This document shows, in pieces, positions 35,913 to 45,313 of a stretch of 64,000 bases of DNA; position 1 is the stretch's first letter; each line of letters opens with the position of its first letter. Location of the stretch: the NCBI GenBank assembly GCA_035601415.1, contig DATNOG010000113.1:1890-65889 (forward strand), read 5' to 3'. The stretch comes from Pyrinomonadaceae bacterium. GTDB lineage: Bacteria; Acidobacteriota; Blastocatellia; Pyrinomonadales; Pyrinomonadaceae. A program made the translations under genes and the position numbers. The notes beneath the pieces are model-generated. The model searched no databases. It saw only the letters and a list, made by a program, of their open reading frames with translations, and was not told the origin of the DNA.

Positions 35913-35941
35913 TTGGAACTGTCGCCTCCATCAACTACAAT
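35913..35941 (+). promoter_or_regulatory. candidate ruvA promoter
   Basis: TTGGAA-17 nt-TACAAT, 40 nt upstream of the ruvA ATG. Confidence 0.45.
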
Positions 35942-35981
35942 CGCCTTCGTTAACGTCATTGCTCAGTCAGACCTTTCTTCA

Positions 35982-36608
35982 ATGATCGCACATTTGTCGG
36001 GCACGCTTCTTTCCAAACAGCCAAACTCGGTGATTCTGGACGTCGCTGGAGTTGGCTATGAAGTAAACATTCCTATCTCCACATTCTATGATCTCGAAGA
36101 CGCGGGTTCGAATGTGCAGCTTCGCATCTACACCCACGTGCGCGAGGATGCACTGCAACTTTATGGCTTCAAAACCGCGCGTGAACGTGAACTGTTCCTG
36201 CGCTTGATCTCAGTCAGCGGCATTGGACCACGGCTGGGTATCACGCTGTTGTCGGGAATGAGCGCAGACGAAATGATTGCCTCGATCAGGACAAACAACC
36301 TGGCGCGTTTGACGTTGATTCCCGGCGTGGGACGTAAAACTGCCGAGCGTCTTGTGATGGAGTTGCGCGATAAAGTCGCTTCGCTCTCCTCGGCAGAACT
36401 TGAAGAGGAATTGGGCGCGAGAACGGAAACAGGCGCGCCAGTTTTGACTGAAGATTCCATGCACGCCGATGTGCTATCCGCGCTTGTGAACCTGGGCTAC
36501 CAGCGTAACGCTGCGGAAAAAGCGGTGACTGCTGCAATTGATGAAGGCGGCGATATCTCTGTGGAGTTGATCTTGCGGCGCAGCTTGCGCAAGCTGGCTA
36601 AGGTCTAG
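35982..36608 (+). CDS. ruvA: Holliday junction DNA helicase subunit RuvA
   Basis: MIAHLSGTLLSKQPNSVILDVAGVGYEVNIP..ISVSGIGPRLG. Start trimmed to ATG 35982. Confidence 0.92.
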   Translation: MIAHLSGTLLSKQPNSVILDVAGVGYEVNIPISTFYDLEDAGSNVQLRIYTHVREDALQLYGFKTARERELFLRLISVSGIGPRLGITLLSGMSADEMIASIRTNNLARLTLIPGVGRKTAERLVMELRDKVASLSSAELEEELGARTETGAPVLTEDSMHADVLSALVNLGYQRNAAEKAVTAAIDEGGDISVELILRRSLRKLAKV

Positions 36609-36610
36609 AA

Positions 36611-36676
36611 GTTTGGAGTACAACCTTCAGGTTCCTAACTGGTGGGCGTACTCAAGCTAAAGCTTGTACTCTGAGC
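36611..36676. repeat. 65-bp palindromic element, copy B (inverted relative to copy A)
   Basis: gtttggagtacaaccttcaggttcctaactggtgggcgtactcaagctaaagcttgtactctgagc in the ruvA|ruvB gap. Confidence 0.7.
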
Positions 36677-36687
36677 TGCTGAATACT

Positions 36688-37728
36688 ATGTCAATTGAAC
36701 AACCAGCACGCGTTCGTGACACGCCACTCAGCGACGATGAACGTCAGTTTGAGCTGACCGTTCGTCCGGCCAAACTTGCTGAATACATCGGGCAGCGACA
36801 AGTCAAAGACAATCTGCGCATTTACATGAAGGCGGCGCTCATCAGAAAAGAAGCGCTGGACCACGTGCTGTTAACGGGCCCGCCGGGCCTGGGCAAAACA
36901 ACTCTCGCCAACATCATCGCCAACGAAATGGGTGCGGAACTGCGCTCGACTGCCGGTCCGGCAATTGAAAAAGCCGGAGACATCGCTGCCCTGCTGACAA
37001 ATCTCCAGGAAGGCGACGTACTCTTCATCGACGAGATCCATCGCTTGCTGCCGGCGCTCGAGGAAAAACTTTATCCGGCAATGGAAGACTATCAACTCGA
37101 TTTGTTGATTGGTCAGGGCGCGGGCGCGCGTTCGATAAAACTCGAGTTGCCAAAATTCACATTAGTAGGCGCTACCACGCGCGCCGGTTTACTTACGGCG
37201 CCGCTGCGCGGCCGTTTTGGCATTGTCTTTCATCTGGATTTCTATCCCCATGAAGATCTGGAAATCATTTGCAGACGATCAGCGCAGATTTTGGGAGTGG
37301 AAATCGACGAAGACGGCGCGCGCGAGATTGCACGGCGCTCGCGCGGCACGCCGCGCATCGTTAATCGCTTGCTGCGTCGCGTTCGAGATTATGCGCAGGT
37401 TGATTATGACGGCAGGATTACGCAGGCAGTCGCCAACGACGCGCTTAATCGCATGGAAGTTGACACGTTCGGTCTTGATGAAATGGACCGCAAGCTGCTA
37501 TTCACCATTATTGAGAAATTTAACGGCGGGCCGGTAGGCCTGGGGACAATCTCCGCCTCCATCCATGAAGAAAAAGATTCAATTGAAGAAATTATTGAGC
37601 CTTATCTCATCCAAATAGGCTTTCTTGATCGCACGCCGCGCGGCCGCATGGCGACGCGTCTTGCTTACGATCATTTTGGTATCTCACCTACCTCTTCGCT
37701 CAAGCCCAGCCTGTTCGATTCCCAGTGA
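36688..37728 (+). CDS. ruvB: Holliday junction branch-migration ATPase RuvB
   Basis: [20 protein letters not shown]. Start set at ATG 36688; the ORF-track TTG at 36664 lies inside the repeat. Confidence 0.93.
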   Translation: MSIEQPARVRDTPLSDDERQFELTVRPAKLAEYIGQRQVKDNLRIYMKAALIRKEALDHVLLTGPPGLGKTTLANIIANEMGAELRSTAGPAIEKAGDIAALLTNLQEGDVLFIDEIHRLLPALEEKLYPAMEDYQLDLLIGQGAGARSIKLELPKFTLVGATTRAGLLTAPLRGRFGIVFHLDFYPHEDLEIICRRSAQILGVEIDEDGAREIARRSRGTPRIVNRLLRRVRDYAQVDYDGRITQAVANDALNRMEVDTFGLDEMDRKLLFTIIEKFNGGPVGLGTISASIHEEKDSIEEIIEPYLIQIGFLDRTPRGRMATRLAYDHFGISPTSSLKPSLFDSQ

Positions 37729-37774
37729 AGAATTTGTTAGGGTAGATTAATCGTTCGTACAAAGCTCTGCTTGA

Positions 37775-38671
37775 GTGCAAATGCGAAAGCTATCTTCTTT
37801 TTCACGTCATTCTTTTGGTGTCCGCAATGCCGGTCCCTGGCGCTCAATAGTTAGTCATGCGCTGCACCAGTTTCACGAAAACGATCTGTTTACAACGGCG
37901 GCGGCGATGAGTTATTTCGGCCTGATGACCTTATTTCCCGCGTTGTTGTTGATGCTGGCAATAAGTAATCAAATACCGGCTGGTGCGGAAATGCTGCGAC
38001 ACGCGGCCGATGTGTATCCCGGATCCAGCAACTTTTTGCGTGACACGGTCCGCTCTCTATCGTCGGTCGGTACCGGAATAATTATCACTTGCGTGATCGT
38101 GGTGCTGTGGGCCGGTTCCTGGGTTTTTTCCGTGCTCGAGCGCGCGTTGAATCGAATCTGGGGAACGATCTCGAGGACGTTCTGGCACGGACGTGCAATA
38201 ACAATCGGAATGATTGGCATTGTAGGCGTGCTGTTGTCAGTTTCAGTGCTGATTACTTCGTGGTTGGTTGCGTTGCGGGATATGGCCGGCAGATTTTCTC
38301 CACGCCAGATTGCCAGGTATCCGATCCTGCTGGCAGTTGGCAGTGTTTTCTGGCAGGGCATTTTTGCAATTTTGAGTTTTCTTATAACCGTCATTCTGTT
38401 TGTCGCAGTTTATCGTTTCCTGCCGCGGGCTGAAGTGACCTTGCGCGACACGTTGCCCGGAGCAATAGTCGGCGGGCTGTTGTGGGAACTGGCGAAGTAT
38501 GTCTTTGCCTGGAGCCTGGGCTACTTTCATTACGATCAAATTTATGGATCAGTCGGCGCTGTTGTCGCGGTGCTGACGTGGAGTTACGTCTCAAGTTTGA
38601 TTCTATTGTTTGGCGCTCAGCTTACCGCTGTCTTTCATCGAGAGCATCCGCATTTCCCTTCTCTCGTGTGA
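37775..38671 (+). CDS. YihY/BrkB-family inner-membrane protein
   Basis: 298 aa, polytopic: TAAAMSYFGLMTLFPALLLML. Confidence 0.8.
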   Translation: MQMRKLSSFSRHSFGVRNAGPWRSIVSHALHQFHENDLFTTAAAMSYFGLMTLFPALLLMLAISNQIPAGAEMLRHAADVYPGSSNFLRDTVRSLSSVGTGIIITCVIVVLWAGSWVFSVLERALNRIWGTISRTFWHGRAITIGMIGIVGVLLSVSVLITSWLVALRDMAGRFSPRQIARYPILLAVGSVFWQGIFAILSFLITVILFVAVYRFLPRAEVTLRDTLPGAIVGGLLWELAKYVFAWSLGYFHYDQIYGSVGAVVAVLTWSYVSSLILLFGAQLTAVFHREHPHFPSLV

Positions 38672-38690
38672 TCCCGTCCGGCGCGCAGAA

Positions 38691-39728
38691 ATGCATATTT
38701 CAGAATTCGATTATGAGCTTCCAGCAGAACTGATCGCGCAACAACCGCTCGAACGCCGCGATGCATCGCGGATGATGGTCGTCAATCGCGACACCCAAAC
38801 CTGGGCCGAATCCAACTTTGCATTGTTTCCGGAGCTGGTGCGTGCCGGAGATGTAGTCGTCATCAACAATACGCGCGTTTTTCCAGCGCGCCTGGTCGGG
38901 CAACGCGAGCCTTCCGGCGGGCGCGTGGAAATGTTGCTGCTTCGCGAAATTGAAACGTCAGTTTGGGAAGCACTGGTGCGGCCCGCGCACAGGTTGAATG
39001 AAGGCGCGCAAGTCCGTTTTGGTGAGTCGAGTTTGCGTGCCGAAGTGATCACTTCTTCGCCGGGCGGCGTCAGACAGCTTAAGTTTGCAGGCTCAAGGCC
39101 ATTGGATACGTTGCTAGATGAAGTCGGCCAGACGCCACTGCCGCCTTACATCAAGCGCGACGGCGGTAGTTCCGAAACGGACAAGGAGCGGTACCAGACC
39201 GTCTTCGCGCGAGAAAAAGGCGCGATTGCCGCGCCGACGGCCGGACTACATTTCACACCCGCCATTATGCAGACTCTGCGTGATCGCGGAGCAGGGGTCG
39301 CAGAGATAACTCTTCATGTCGGTTACGGCACGTTTGAGCCGGTACGAGTAGACGAAATTGAAGCGCACCAGGTGACTGCGGAATTTTTTAAGATTGGCGG
39401 AGCGGCAGCAAATACGATCAATGAAGCGCGCACTGCTGGCGGTCGAGTCATTGCCGTTGGCACGACAACCACGCGCGCTCTGGAAACGGCTGCGGGTGCG
39501 GACGGAATCATTAAGCCGGGAAACGGCGCGACCGAACTCACTATCAAGCCGGGCTACAAATTTCGCGCGGTGGATTCGCTGCTGACAAACTTTCATCTGC
39601 CGCGCTCCTCGCTGTTGATTTTAGTTTCGGCTTTTGCCGGCCGCGAGTTAGCGCTAAACGCTTACCGTGACGCAGTGAAAGCGCGATTTCGTTTCTACAG
39701 TTACGGCGATTGTATGCTTGTGATCTAG
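38691..39728 (+). CDS. queA: S-adenosylmethionine:tRNA ribosyltransferase-isomerase
   Basis: MHISEFDYELPAELIAQQPLERRDASRMMVV..TAGLHFT..VGTTTTRALE. Start trimmed to ATG 38691. Confidence 0.92.
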   Translation: MHISEFDYELPAELIAQQPLERRDASRMMVVNRDTQTWAESNFALFPELVRAGDVVVINNTRVFPARLVGQREPSGGRVEMLLLREIETSVWEALVRPAHRLNEGAQVRFGESSLRAEVITSSPGGVRQLKFAGSRPLDTLLDEVGQTPLPPYIKRDGGSSETDKERYQTVFAREKGAIAAPTAGLHFTPAIMQTLRDRGAGVAEITLHVGYGTFEPVRVDEIEAHQVTAEFFKIGGAAANTINEARTAGGRVIAVGTTTTRALETAAGADGIIKPGNGATELTIKPGYKFRAVDSLLTNFHLPRSSLLILVSAFAGRELALNAYRDAVKARFRFYSYGDCMLVI

Positions 39729-39789
39729 TGCTTATGAAAACGATGATGTTAGACTAGATTCGAACCAGAAATCGCTTATTAGTTTTCGC

Positions 39790-40338
39790 ATGGCAGTACT
39801 AAAGAAAATTCGTTCTCGCTTGTGGGCTCCGCCTCCTGACGAATACGCTCCCGAGCCACACTTAACGACCCCCGTGACGGTCAGCTCGCGCTACGATATT
39901 CGCCCACTGACGATTTCAAATCTCGATGATTGCTGGCGTCTTGATCAGCGTTGTTTTGTGGATGGCGAAGCTTATAGCCGCGAGACTTTCGAATATCTTC
40001 TGACGGCGCCTGAGTCTGTTTCCTATCGAGTGGCAGCCGCCAACGGCGCCATGGTTGGCTTCGTCATCGGCCTAATCGAGCCGGATCACACGGGACACAT
40101 TACGACCGTTGGCGTTGCGCCTGAACACCGGCGCCGTCATCTCGGCCAACGTTTAATGGCTGAAGTTGAAAAGGGATTTAAGCAAAGGAATGTCCGAATA
40201 GTGCGCCTGGAAGTGAGATCGCTAAACATTCCCGCGCAAAAACTTTACCAGCATCTCGGATACGCTATTACTCAAAGGCTACCGAAGTATTACTCAAACG
40301 GCGGCGATGGCCTGTTGATGCTTAAATCACTCGAATGA
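39790..40338 (+). CDS. GNAT-family N-acetyltransferase (RimI-like)
   Basis: 182 aa: GHITTVGVAPEHRRRHLGQRLMAEV..VRLEVRSLNIPAQKLYQHLGY. Confidence 0.75.
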   Translation: MAVLKKIRSRLWAPPPDEYAPEPHLTTPVTVSSRYDIRPLTISNLDDCWRLDQRCFVDGEAYSRETFEYLLTAPESVSYRVAAANGAMVGFVIGLIEPDHTGHITTVGVAPEHRRRHLGQRLMAEVEKGFKQRNVRIVRLEVRSLNIPAQKLYQHLGYAITQRLPKYYSNGGDGLLMLKSLE

Positions 40339-40348
40339 TTGCCCGCGG

Positions 40349-40933
40349 TTAGCCTTTACGCAGTTCGGTCAGAACCTGCTTAGCCACAGCTTTCAAAGTA
40401 TCAAAGACGCCCGCTCCGGTTGAAGCGACCGCTTCTACCACTGGCTCTTCTTTCCGTCTTAATTCGGCCGCAATATCGATTGCCGGGATGATATTCGGCA
40501 GGTCGCGCTTGTTGAGTTGCAGCACATAAGGCAGCTTCATCAAATCATAACCCTGGGCTTTAAGGTTCTCTTCAAGGTTGTGCAGTGATTCGATGTTTGC
40601 ATCCATGCGCTCTTCCTGCGAGTCCGCTACGAAAACCACGCCGTCCACGCCTTTCAGAATAAGCTTGCGCGAGGCGTCATAAAACACCTGACCCGGAACG
40701 GTGTAGAGATGGAAGCGCGTCTTGAAGCCACGCACGGTTCCCAGCTCAAGCGGCATGAAATCGAAGAACAGCGTGCGATCTGTTTCGGTCGCCAGACTGA
40801 TCAGTTTGCCGCGCGCTTGTGGCGCGGTAGCCTCGAAAATGTGTTGCAGGTTAGTCGTTTTGCCGCAGAGACCCGGGCCGTAGTAAACGATCTTGCAGTT
40901 AATTTCTCGCGATGCGTAGTTGATAAAGGTCAT
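40349..40933 (-). CDS. mglA: Ras-like polarity/motility GTPase MglA
   Basis: 194 aa: [37 protein letters not shown]. Confidence 0.9.
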   Translation of the reverse strand: MTFINYASREINCKIVYYGPGLCGKTTNLQHIFEATAPQARGKLISLATETDRTLFFDFMPLELGTVRGFKTRFHLYTVPGQVFYDASRKLILKGVDGVVFVADSQEERMDANIESLHNLEENLKAQGYDLMKLPYVLQLNKRDLPNIIPAIDIAAELRRKEEPVVEAVASTGAGVFDTLKAVAKQVLTELRKG

Positions 40934-40955
40934 AAGGCACTTACCCTGGGAGGGG

Positions 40956-41429
40956 TTATTGGAAAAGGCTGTCGATGTCTTCGTCAGTGATTTCGGCGAA
41001 GGGTGAGTCTGATATGTCGTTGGGCGCGTTCACGATTTCGTCCATCATGGCGGACAACTGTTGTGATACCTGTTTCGAGCGCAGCTTGACCAAGCCGAGG
41101 CTCGATCGTTCATCAAAAACCACGATCAACAGCATCCGGCCAACGACGGAAATGTGTATGCTTTCGTGAGCGCCTTCATGTGAGAGAGTAGGAAATTCTT
41201 TCTCGCCAATTAATTGAGCCATGCCTCCTGTCGCGGCGACGTTGCCTGCCGCCAGCGAGGCGAGACTGGTTGTGTCAAGATTTCCTATCTCGCCCTGGAC
41301 AGCTATCTCCTGACCATCCTTGTCCACCAGGAACACCACCCGGGCGGAGGCATCCATTCGCAGCCGAGCGAGCACGGCTTTGAGCTGGTGATATTGACGC
41401 TCGTGTAACAGGATAGGCGTGTCTGCCAT
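40956..41429 (-). CDS. mglB: Roadblock/LC7-domain protein MglB (MglA GAP)
   Basis: 157 aa. Roadblock-like [34 protein letters not shown]. Immediately upstream of mglA. Confidence 0.8.
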   Translation of the reverse strand: MADTPILLHERQYHQLKAVLARLRMDASARVVFLVDKDGQEIAVQGEIGNLDTTSLASLAAGNVAATGGMAQLIGEKEFPTLSHEGAHESIHISVVGRMLLIVVFDERSSLGLVKLRSKQVSQQLSAMMDEIVNAPNDISDSPFAEITDEDIDSLFQ

Positions 41430-41774
41430 CGATACAACTCTCTTTGAAGTTTTGGTGAGGGACAGTCGGTCGGCGGGCTAAGCCATGACTTTATCGGGCA
41501 AGCCGTTGAAAATAAAGCAATTTTGCTGGTTCAATGTACTTCCTGGTGGAATGGCGGCTGGTCCCCAATAGCCGTAAGGCAATGTAACATAGCCAACAAT
41601 GTGCTACAAGCGTTTTCCATTGTTTGCACATTGAGCCTCTCTGGGGCCTTGCAAAGCGTTCAAACGGGTGTGAATCCTCGTTTTGCGTTGAATTAGAAGT
41701 AAGAGCTATGTTACTCTGCCACCGCAACTTCGCAGCAATTGCGGCCACAATCCACCTGTCATTTTGATTCTTCC

Positions 41775-42650
41775 ATGAGTGCAGTTACAAAAGGTATTAG
41801 GCGTTCAACGTCGCGTGCCGCCGTTCGTCGTGCTGGCTCCAAGCCGGCAGCCAAGCGGCGAGCAACAAATGCCAAGTCTGTGCGCCCAAAAGCTAAGCGA
41901 GCACTCGCTAATAAATCAGTAGCGAGAAAGAGCGCCAAGCCGAAGCCGTCGAAGAGTAAGAAAACTGCCTCAAAAAAACTCGTCGCGAAGAAACTTCGAA
42001 CACCAAAAAGGCCGATCCCACGCAAGGTAGCTCCGCGTAAGCCGGCCATAGCCAAACACGGCAAGCCATCGCTGTCGGGAGTCAAAAAGACTCAGAAGCT
42101 GGCAGCCCTTCGCGCGCAACGTCCCATTCCAGTCGCGCCACCGCTGCCACGCCAGCCAACGGTTGATGAGTCGGCTGCGTTGAAAGCATTTGAGCGCGCG
42201 CATAAAGAATTTACGCGCGGTCACTTCGGTGAGGCCCGCAACCTGTTTCGCGCGCTGCTTGAGAAATACTCGAAGGTTTCTGAAGTAGCGGCACGTTCTC
42301 GTACTTATCTCGCTGTTGCTGATGCGCGAATGCGGACTGAAAGCATCCTGCCGCGCGATGCCGATTCTCTTTATGACCGCGGCGTGATCGAACTCAACCG
42401 CGGCGAATATGTTGCGGCGCAGGAAATGTTTGAGCGTGCATTGAAACGCGAACCCGAGGCTGCCCACATCCATTATGGTTTGGCGGCGACACGGGCGCGC
42501 CTGGGCTCGCTCGATCTGGCGCTTCAATCACTACAGCGCGCGCTCGATCTGCAACCAACGTTACGCGTTCGCGCGCAACACGACCACGACCTGACATCGC
42601 TTCGTAATGATCCTGATTTCGACCGTCTGGTCTTTCAGCCACGCCTGTAG
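41775..42650 (+). CDS. TPR-repeat protein with a Lys/Ala/Pro-rich (histone-H1-like) N-terminal tail
   Basis: Start at ATG 41775. The N-terminal ~110 aa are KAKRALANKSVARKSAKPKPSKSKKTASKK... The C-terminus has TPR-like repeats (GEYVAAQEMFERALKREPEAAHIHYGLA). Confidence 0.7.
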   Translation: MSAVTKGIRRSTSRAAVRRAGSKPAAKRRATNAKSVRPKAKRALANKSVARKSAKPKPSKSKKTASKKLVAKKLRTPKRPIPRKVAPRKPAIAKHGKPSLSGVKKTQKLAALRAQRPIPVAPPLPRQPTVDESAALKAFERAHKEFTRGHFGEARNLFRALLEKYSKVSEVAARSRTYLAVADARMRTESILPRDADSLYDRGVIELNRGEYVAAQEMFERALKREPEAAHIHYGLAATRARLGSLDLALQSLQRALDLQPTLRVRAQHDHDLTSLRNDPDFDRLVFQPRL

Positions 42651-42761
42651 CATCCTGCCTTCCTAGTTATTCCACGAGTATGTAGTTTGAAAGCCTTCGC
42701 CTTTTAGGTATCATTCTGATGAAAGCGCGCGTGTCGCGCACTTTAAGCTGGAGAAGCTCGT

Positions 42762-43793
42762 TTGCCTTATCTATCCTGGGAAAAATCCGGTATCAACCTG
42801 GTCGCGCTTGGCGGTGGAACAGGTCTTTCAACGCTGCTCGCGGGCTTGAAACGTCTGGTGGGCGAGCGTGAATCCGATGAGCATTGGATCCAGAACTTGT
42901 CGGCGATTGTTACTGTCTCTGACGACGGCGGTAGCTCTGGTCGTTTGCGCGAGGAGTTGCAAATGTTACCGCCGGGCGACATTCGCAACTGCATGATTGC
43001 GCTTTCCGAAGACTCAACCCTGCTTTCGCGACTCTTCAGGTACCGATTTCGCGGCACCGGTGAACTAGGCGGCCACAGCTTTGGCAATTTGTTTCTGGCG
43101 GCACTTACCGAAGTCACTGGAGATTTCACTGAAGCAGTGCGCCTTTCGTCGGAGGTGTTGGCCAGCAAGGGCCACATTTTCCCGGCAACAATAAGCGACG
43201 TGCGTCTGGTTGCCGAACTGGAAGATGGCAAAGTCGTTCGTGGCGAAACTCAGATTTCTGCTTCGCGAGTGCCAATTCGCCGCCTTCGGCTGGAACCGGA
43301 GCAGTGCCTGCCATTGCCACTAGCCCTAAAAGCGATTCGCGCGGCTGACGTTATTACCTTAGGTCCGGGTTCGCTTTACACCAGCATCCTGCCGAACCTG
43401 CTCGTCGCGCGCGTATCTCAGGCCATCGGAGAGAGTGCCGCCACTAAAATTTTCATTTGCAACTTGATGACTCAACCTGGCGAAACTGACAACTACTCCG
43501 CGCGTGAACATCTCGAAACGATTAAGCGTTACGCTCCCGAAATTCAATTTGATTATGTGGTAGTCAATAATCGGCGCATTACTGCTGAACAGGCTGCGCG
43601 CTACGCACAGGAAGGCGCGCAGCAAATCGGGATTGATGATGATTCGCTTGAAGATGCCCTGGACCAGTCAACACAAACTATCCGCGCGAATCTGCTGGCA
43701 GAGGGTGAAAAGGTGAGACACGATTCCGCGCTGCTGGCCAGCGTAGTGAAGTCCTGCCGGCAACAAGCATGTTCGCGCCCCGTGCCCGCATAA
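42762..43793 (+). CDS. yvcK: YvcK/GlmR (CofD-like, UPF0052) family protein
   Basis: 343 aa: NLVALGGGTGLSTLLAGLK..VTVSDDGGSSGRLR..GPGSLYTSILPNLLV. Confidence 0.88.
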   Translation: MPYLSWEKSGINLVALGGGTGLSTLLAGLKRLVGERESDEHWIQNLSAIVTVSDDGGSSGRLREELQMLPPGDIRNCMIALSEDSTLLSRLFRYRFRGTGELGGHSFGNLFLAALTEVTGDFTEAVRLSSEVLASKGHIFPATISDVRLVAELEDGKVVRGETQISASRVPIRRLRLEPEQCLPLPLALKAIRAADVITLGPGSLYTSILPNLLVARVSQAIGESAATKIFICNLMTQPGETDNYSAREHLETIKRYAPEIQFDYVVVNNRRITAEQAARYAQEGAQQIGIDDDSLEDALDQSTQTIRANLLAEGEKVRHDSALLASVVKSCRQQACSRPVPA

Positions 43794-43796
43794 CCG

Positions 43797-45212
43797 ATGC
43801 AAAAACAGTCCCTCCCGCAGTCGCGTCAAACGCCTCAATCGCTCGACGTACTCATTCTCGCTGCCGGTCTCGGTACGCGCATGAAATCGAAGCGAGCGAA
43901 AGTATTGCACGAGCTTGGCGGCTCTCCCTTGATTGCGTACGTCTGCCGCGCAGCGAAGGCGCTCAACCCTGAGAAGATCTACGTCGTGGTGGGTCATCAG
44001 GCGGCCGAAGTCGAAAAGTCCGTCAAGGCAGAGGTCGGCAGCCTGGCTGAATTTGTGACGCAAGCGCAGCAACGCGGAACCGCGGACGCAGTATTGTCCG
44101 CGCGCCCACAACTCAACAATCGCAACTCCCTGCTTGTGATCCTTTCAGGCGACGTGCCTTTGTTGAAAGCAGAGACACTCGAACACTTCATCGACGAACA
44201 TCGCTCAAGCGGAGCCGCCTGCTCGGTTCTCAGTGTGCGACTTGAAAACCCGACTGGCTATGGCCGCATCGTCAGAGATGCGAACGATCACTTTGCTCGC
44301 ATAGTTGAACAACGCGATGCTACCGATGAAGAGCGCAGAATCAAGGAGATTAACTCGGGAATTTATTGTTTCGACAGCGGCAAACTTTTGCTCGCACTCG
44401 ATCGCGTCAAGCCGGCGAACGATCAGGGCGAGTTTTACTTAACTGATGTCGCTGAGATCCTTATAAAGCAAGGCGAGAAAGTGAACGTCTATCTGCGCAG
44501 CGACGCGCGCGAAGTTTCCGGCATCAACACACGTGCGGAATTGGCAGAGTTTGAAAATCTCCTGCGGCGCAACACCATCCGCAAATTGATGTTGGAAGGC
44601 GGCGTGACCTTTCTCGATCCCTCCCGCGCATACATCAGCGCTAGCGCCACGCTGGGTCAGGATTGCGTTATTTACCCAGACGTTGCGATTGAAGGCGATT
44701 CAGTGGTTGGCACGGGTTGCGAGATTCATTCAGGCGCAAGGATAACCAACTCGCGCTTGGGAAGTAACGTGGTGATAAAGGACCATTGTGTAATCATCGA
44801 TTCCACCATCGAGTCAAACTGTGCAATCGGCCCCTTCGCACACCTGCGCATGGGCACCACGATTGAAGAAGGCGCGGCAATTGGTAACTTTGTCGAAGTA
44901 AAAAAATCGCGCCTCGGCCGCGGTTCAAAGTCGATGCATCTAACCTATCTCGGCGACGCGACCATTGGCGAGAAAACTAATATTGGTGCGGGAACGGTCA
45001 CTTGTAATTACGATGGCAAGAACAAGCATCCAACAATTATTGAAAACAATGTGCGCATCGGGTCAGACACTATGCTGGTCGCGCCGGTAAGAGTCGGCAG
45101 CGGTTCGGTGACGGCTGCCGGTTCAGTTGTTACTGAAGACGTGCCGCCGGACACGCTTGTCGCCGGCGTTCCGGCAGTGGTGAAGAAACGTTTGAAAGGC
45201 CGTGAAGAGTAA
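43797..45212 (+). CDS. glmU: bifunctional UDP-GlcNAc diphosphorylase / GlcN-1-P N-acetyltransferase
   Basis: 471 aa: LILAAGLGTRMKS, plus C-terminal hexapeptide repeats. Confidence 0.93.
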   Translation: MQKQSLPQSRQTPQSLDVLILAAGLGTRMKSKRAKVLHELGGSPLIAYVCRAAKALNPEKIYVVVGHQAAEVEKSVKAEVGSLAEFVTQAQQRGTADAVLSARPQLNNRNSLLVILSGDVPLLKAETLEHFIDEHRSSGAACSVLSVRLENPTGYGRIVRDANDHFARIVEQRDATDEERRIKEINSGIYCFDSGKLLLALDRVKPANDQGEFYLTDVAEILIKQGEKVNVYLRSDAREVSGINTRAELAEFENLLRRNTIRKLMLEGGVTFLDPSRAYISASATLGQDCVIYPDVAIEGDSVVGTGCEIHSGARITNSRLGSNVVIKDHCVIIDSTIESNCAIGPFAHLRMGTTIEEGAAIGNFVEVKKSRLGRGSKSMHLTYLGDATIGEKTNIGAGTVTCNYDGKNKHPTIIENNVRIGSDTMLVAPVRVGSGSVTAAGSVVTEDVPPDTLVAGVPAVVKKRLKGREE

Positions 45213-45300
45213 AAAGTGAAAAGTGAAGAGTCAAGAAAGAACGCTATCAACGGGAGCTTCTTGCCTTCTGACTTTTCACTTTTTACTTTTCACTCTTTAC
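45202..45300. repeat. heptad inverted-repeat element (GTGAAGA/GTGAAAA family) filling the glmU|glmS gap
   Basis: Left arm gtgaagagtaaaaagtgaaaagtgaagagtca (it contains the glmU stop). Right arm tgacttttcactttttacttttcactctttac. Confidence 0.85.
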
Positions 45301-45313
45301 TAAAGGGAAACAT

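Noticed and set aside
39757-39766. GGTTCGAATC (minus strand), resembling a tRNA T-loop, downstream of queA
   Set aside because: The flanking bases cannot form a T-stem (TCTGG versus CTAGT), and no acceptor or anticodon arms could be drawn.
45213-45313. Possible glmS ribozyme upstream of glmS
   Set aside because: The gap is only 101 bp and consists almost entirely of the heptad inverted repeat, which is too short for the ribozyme core and unlike it.
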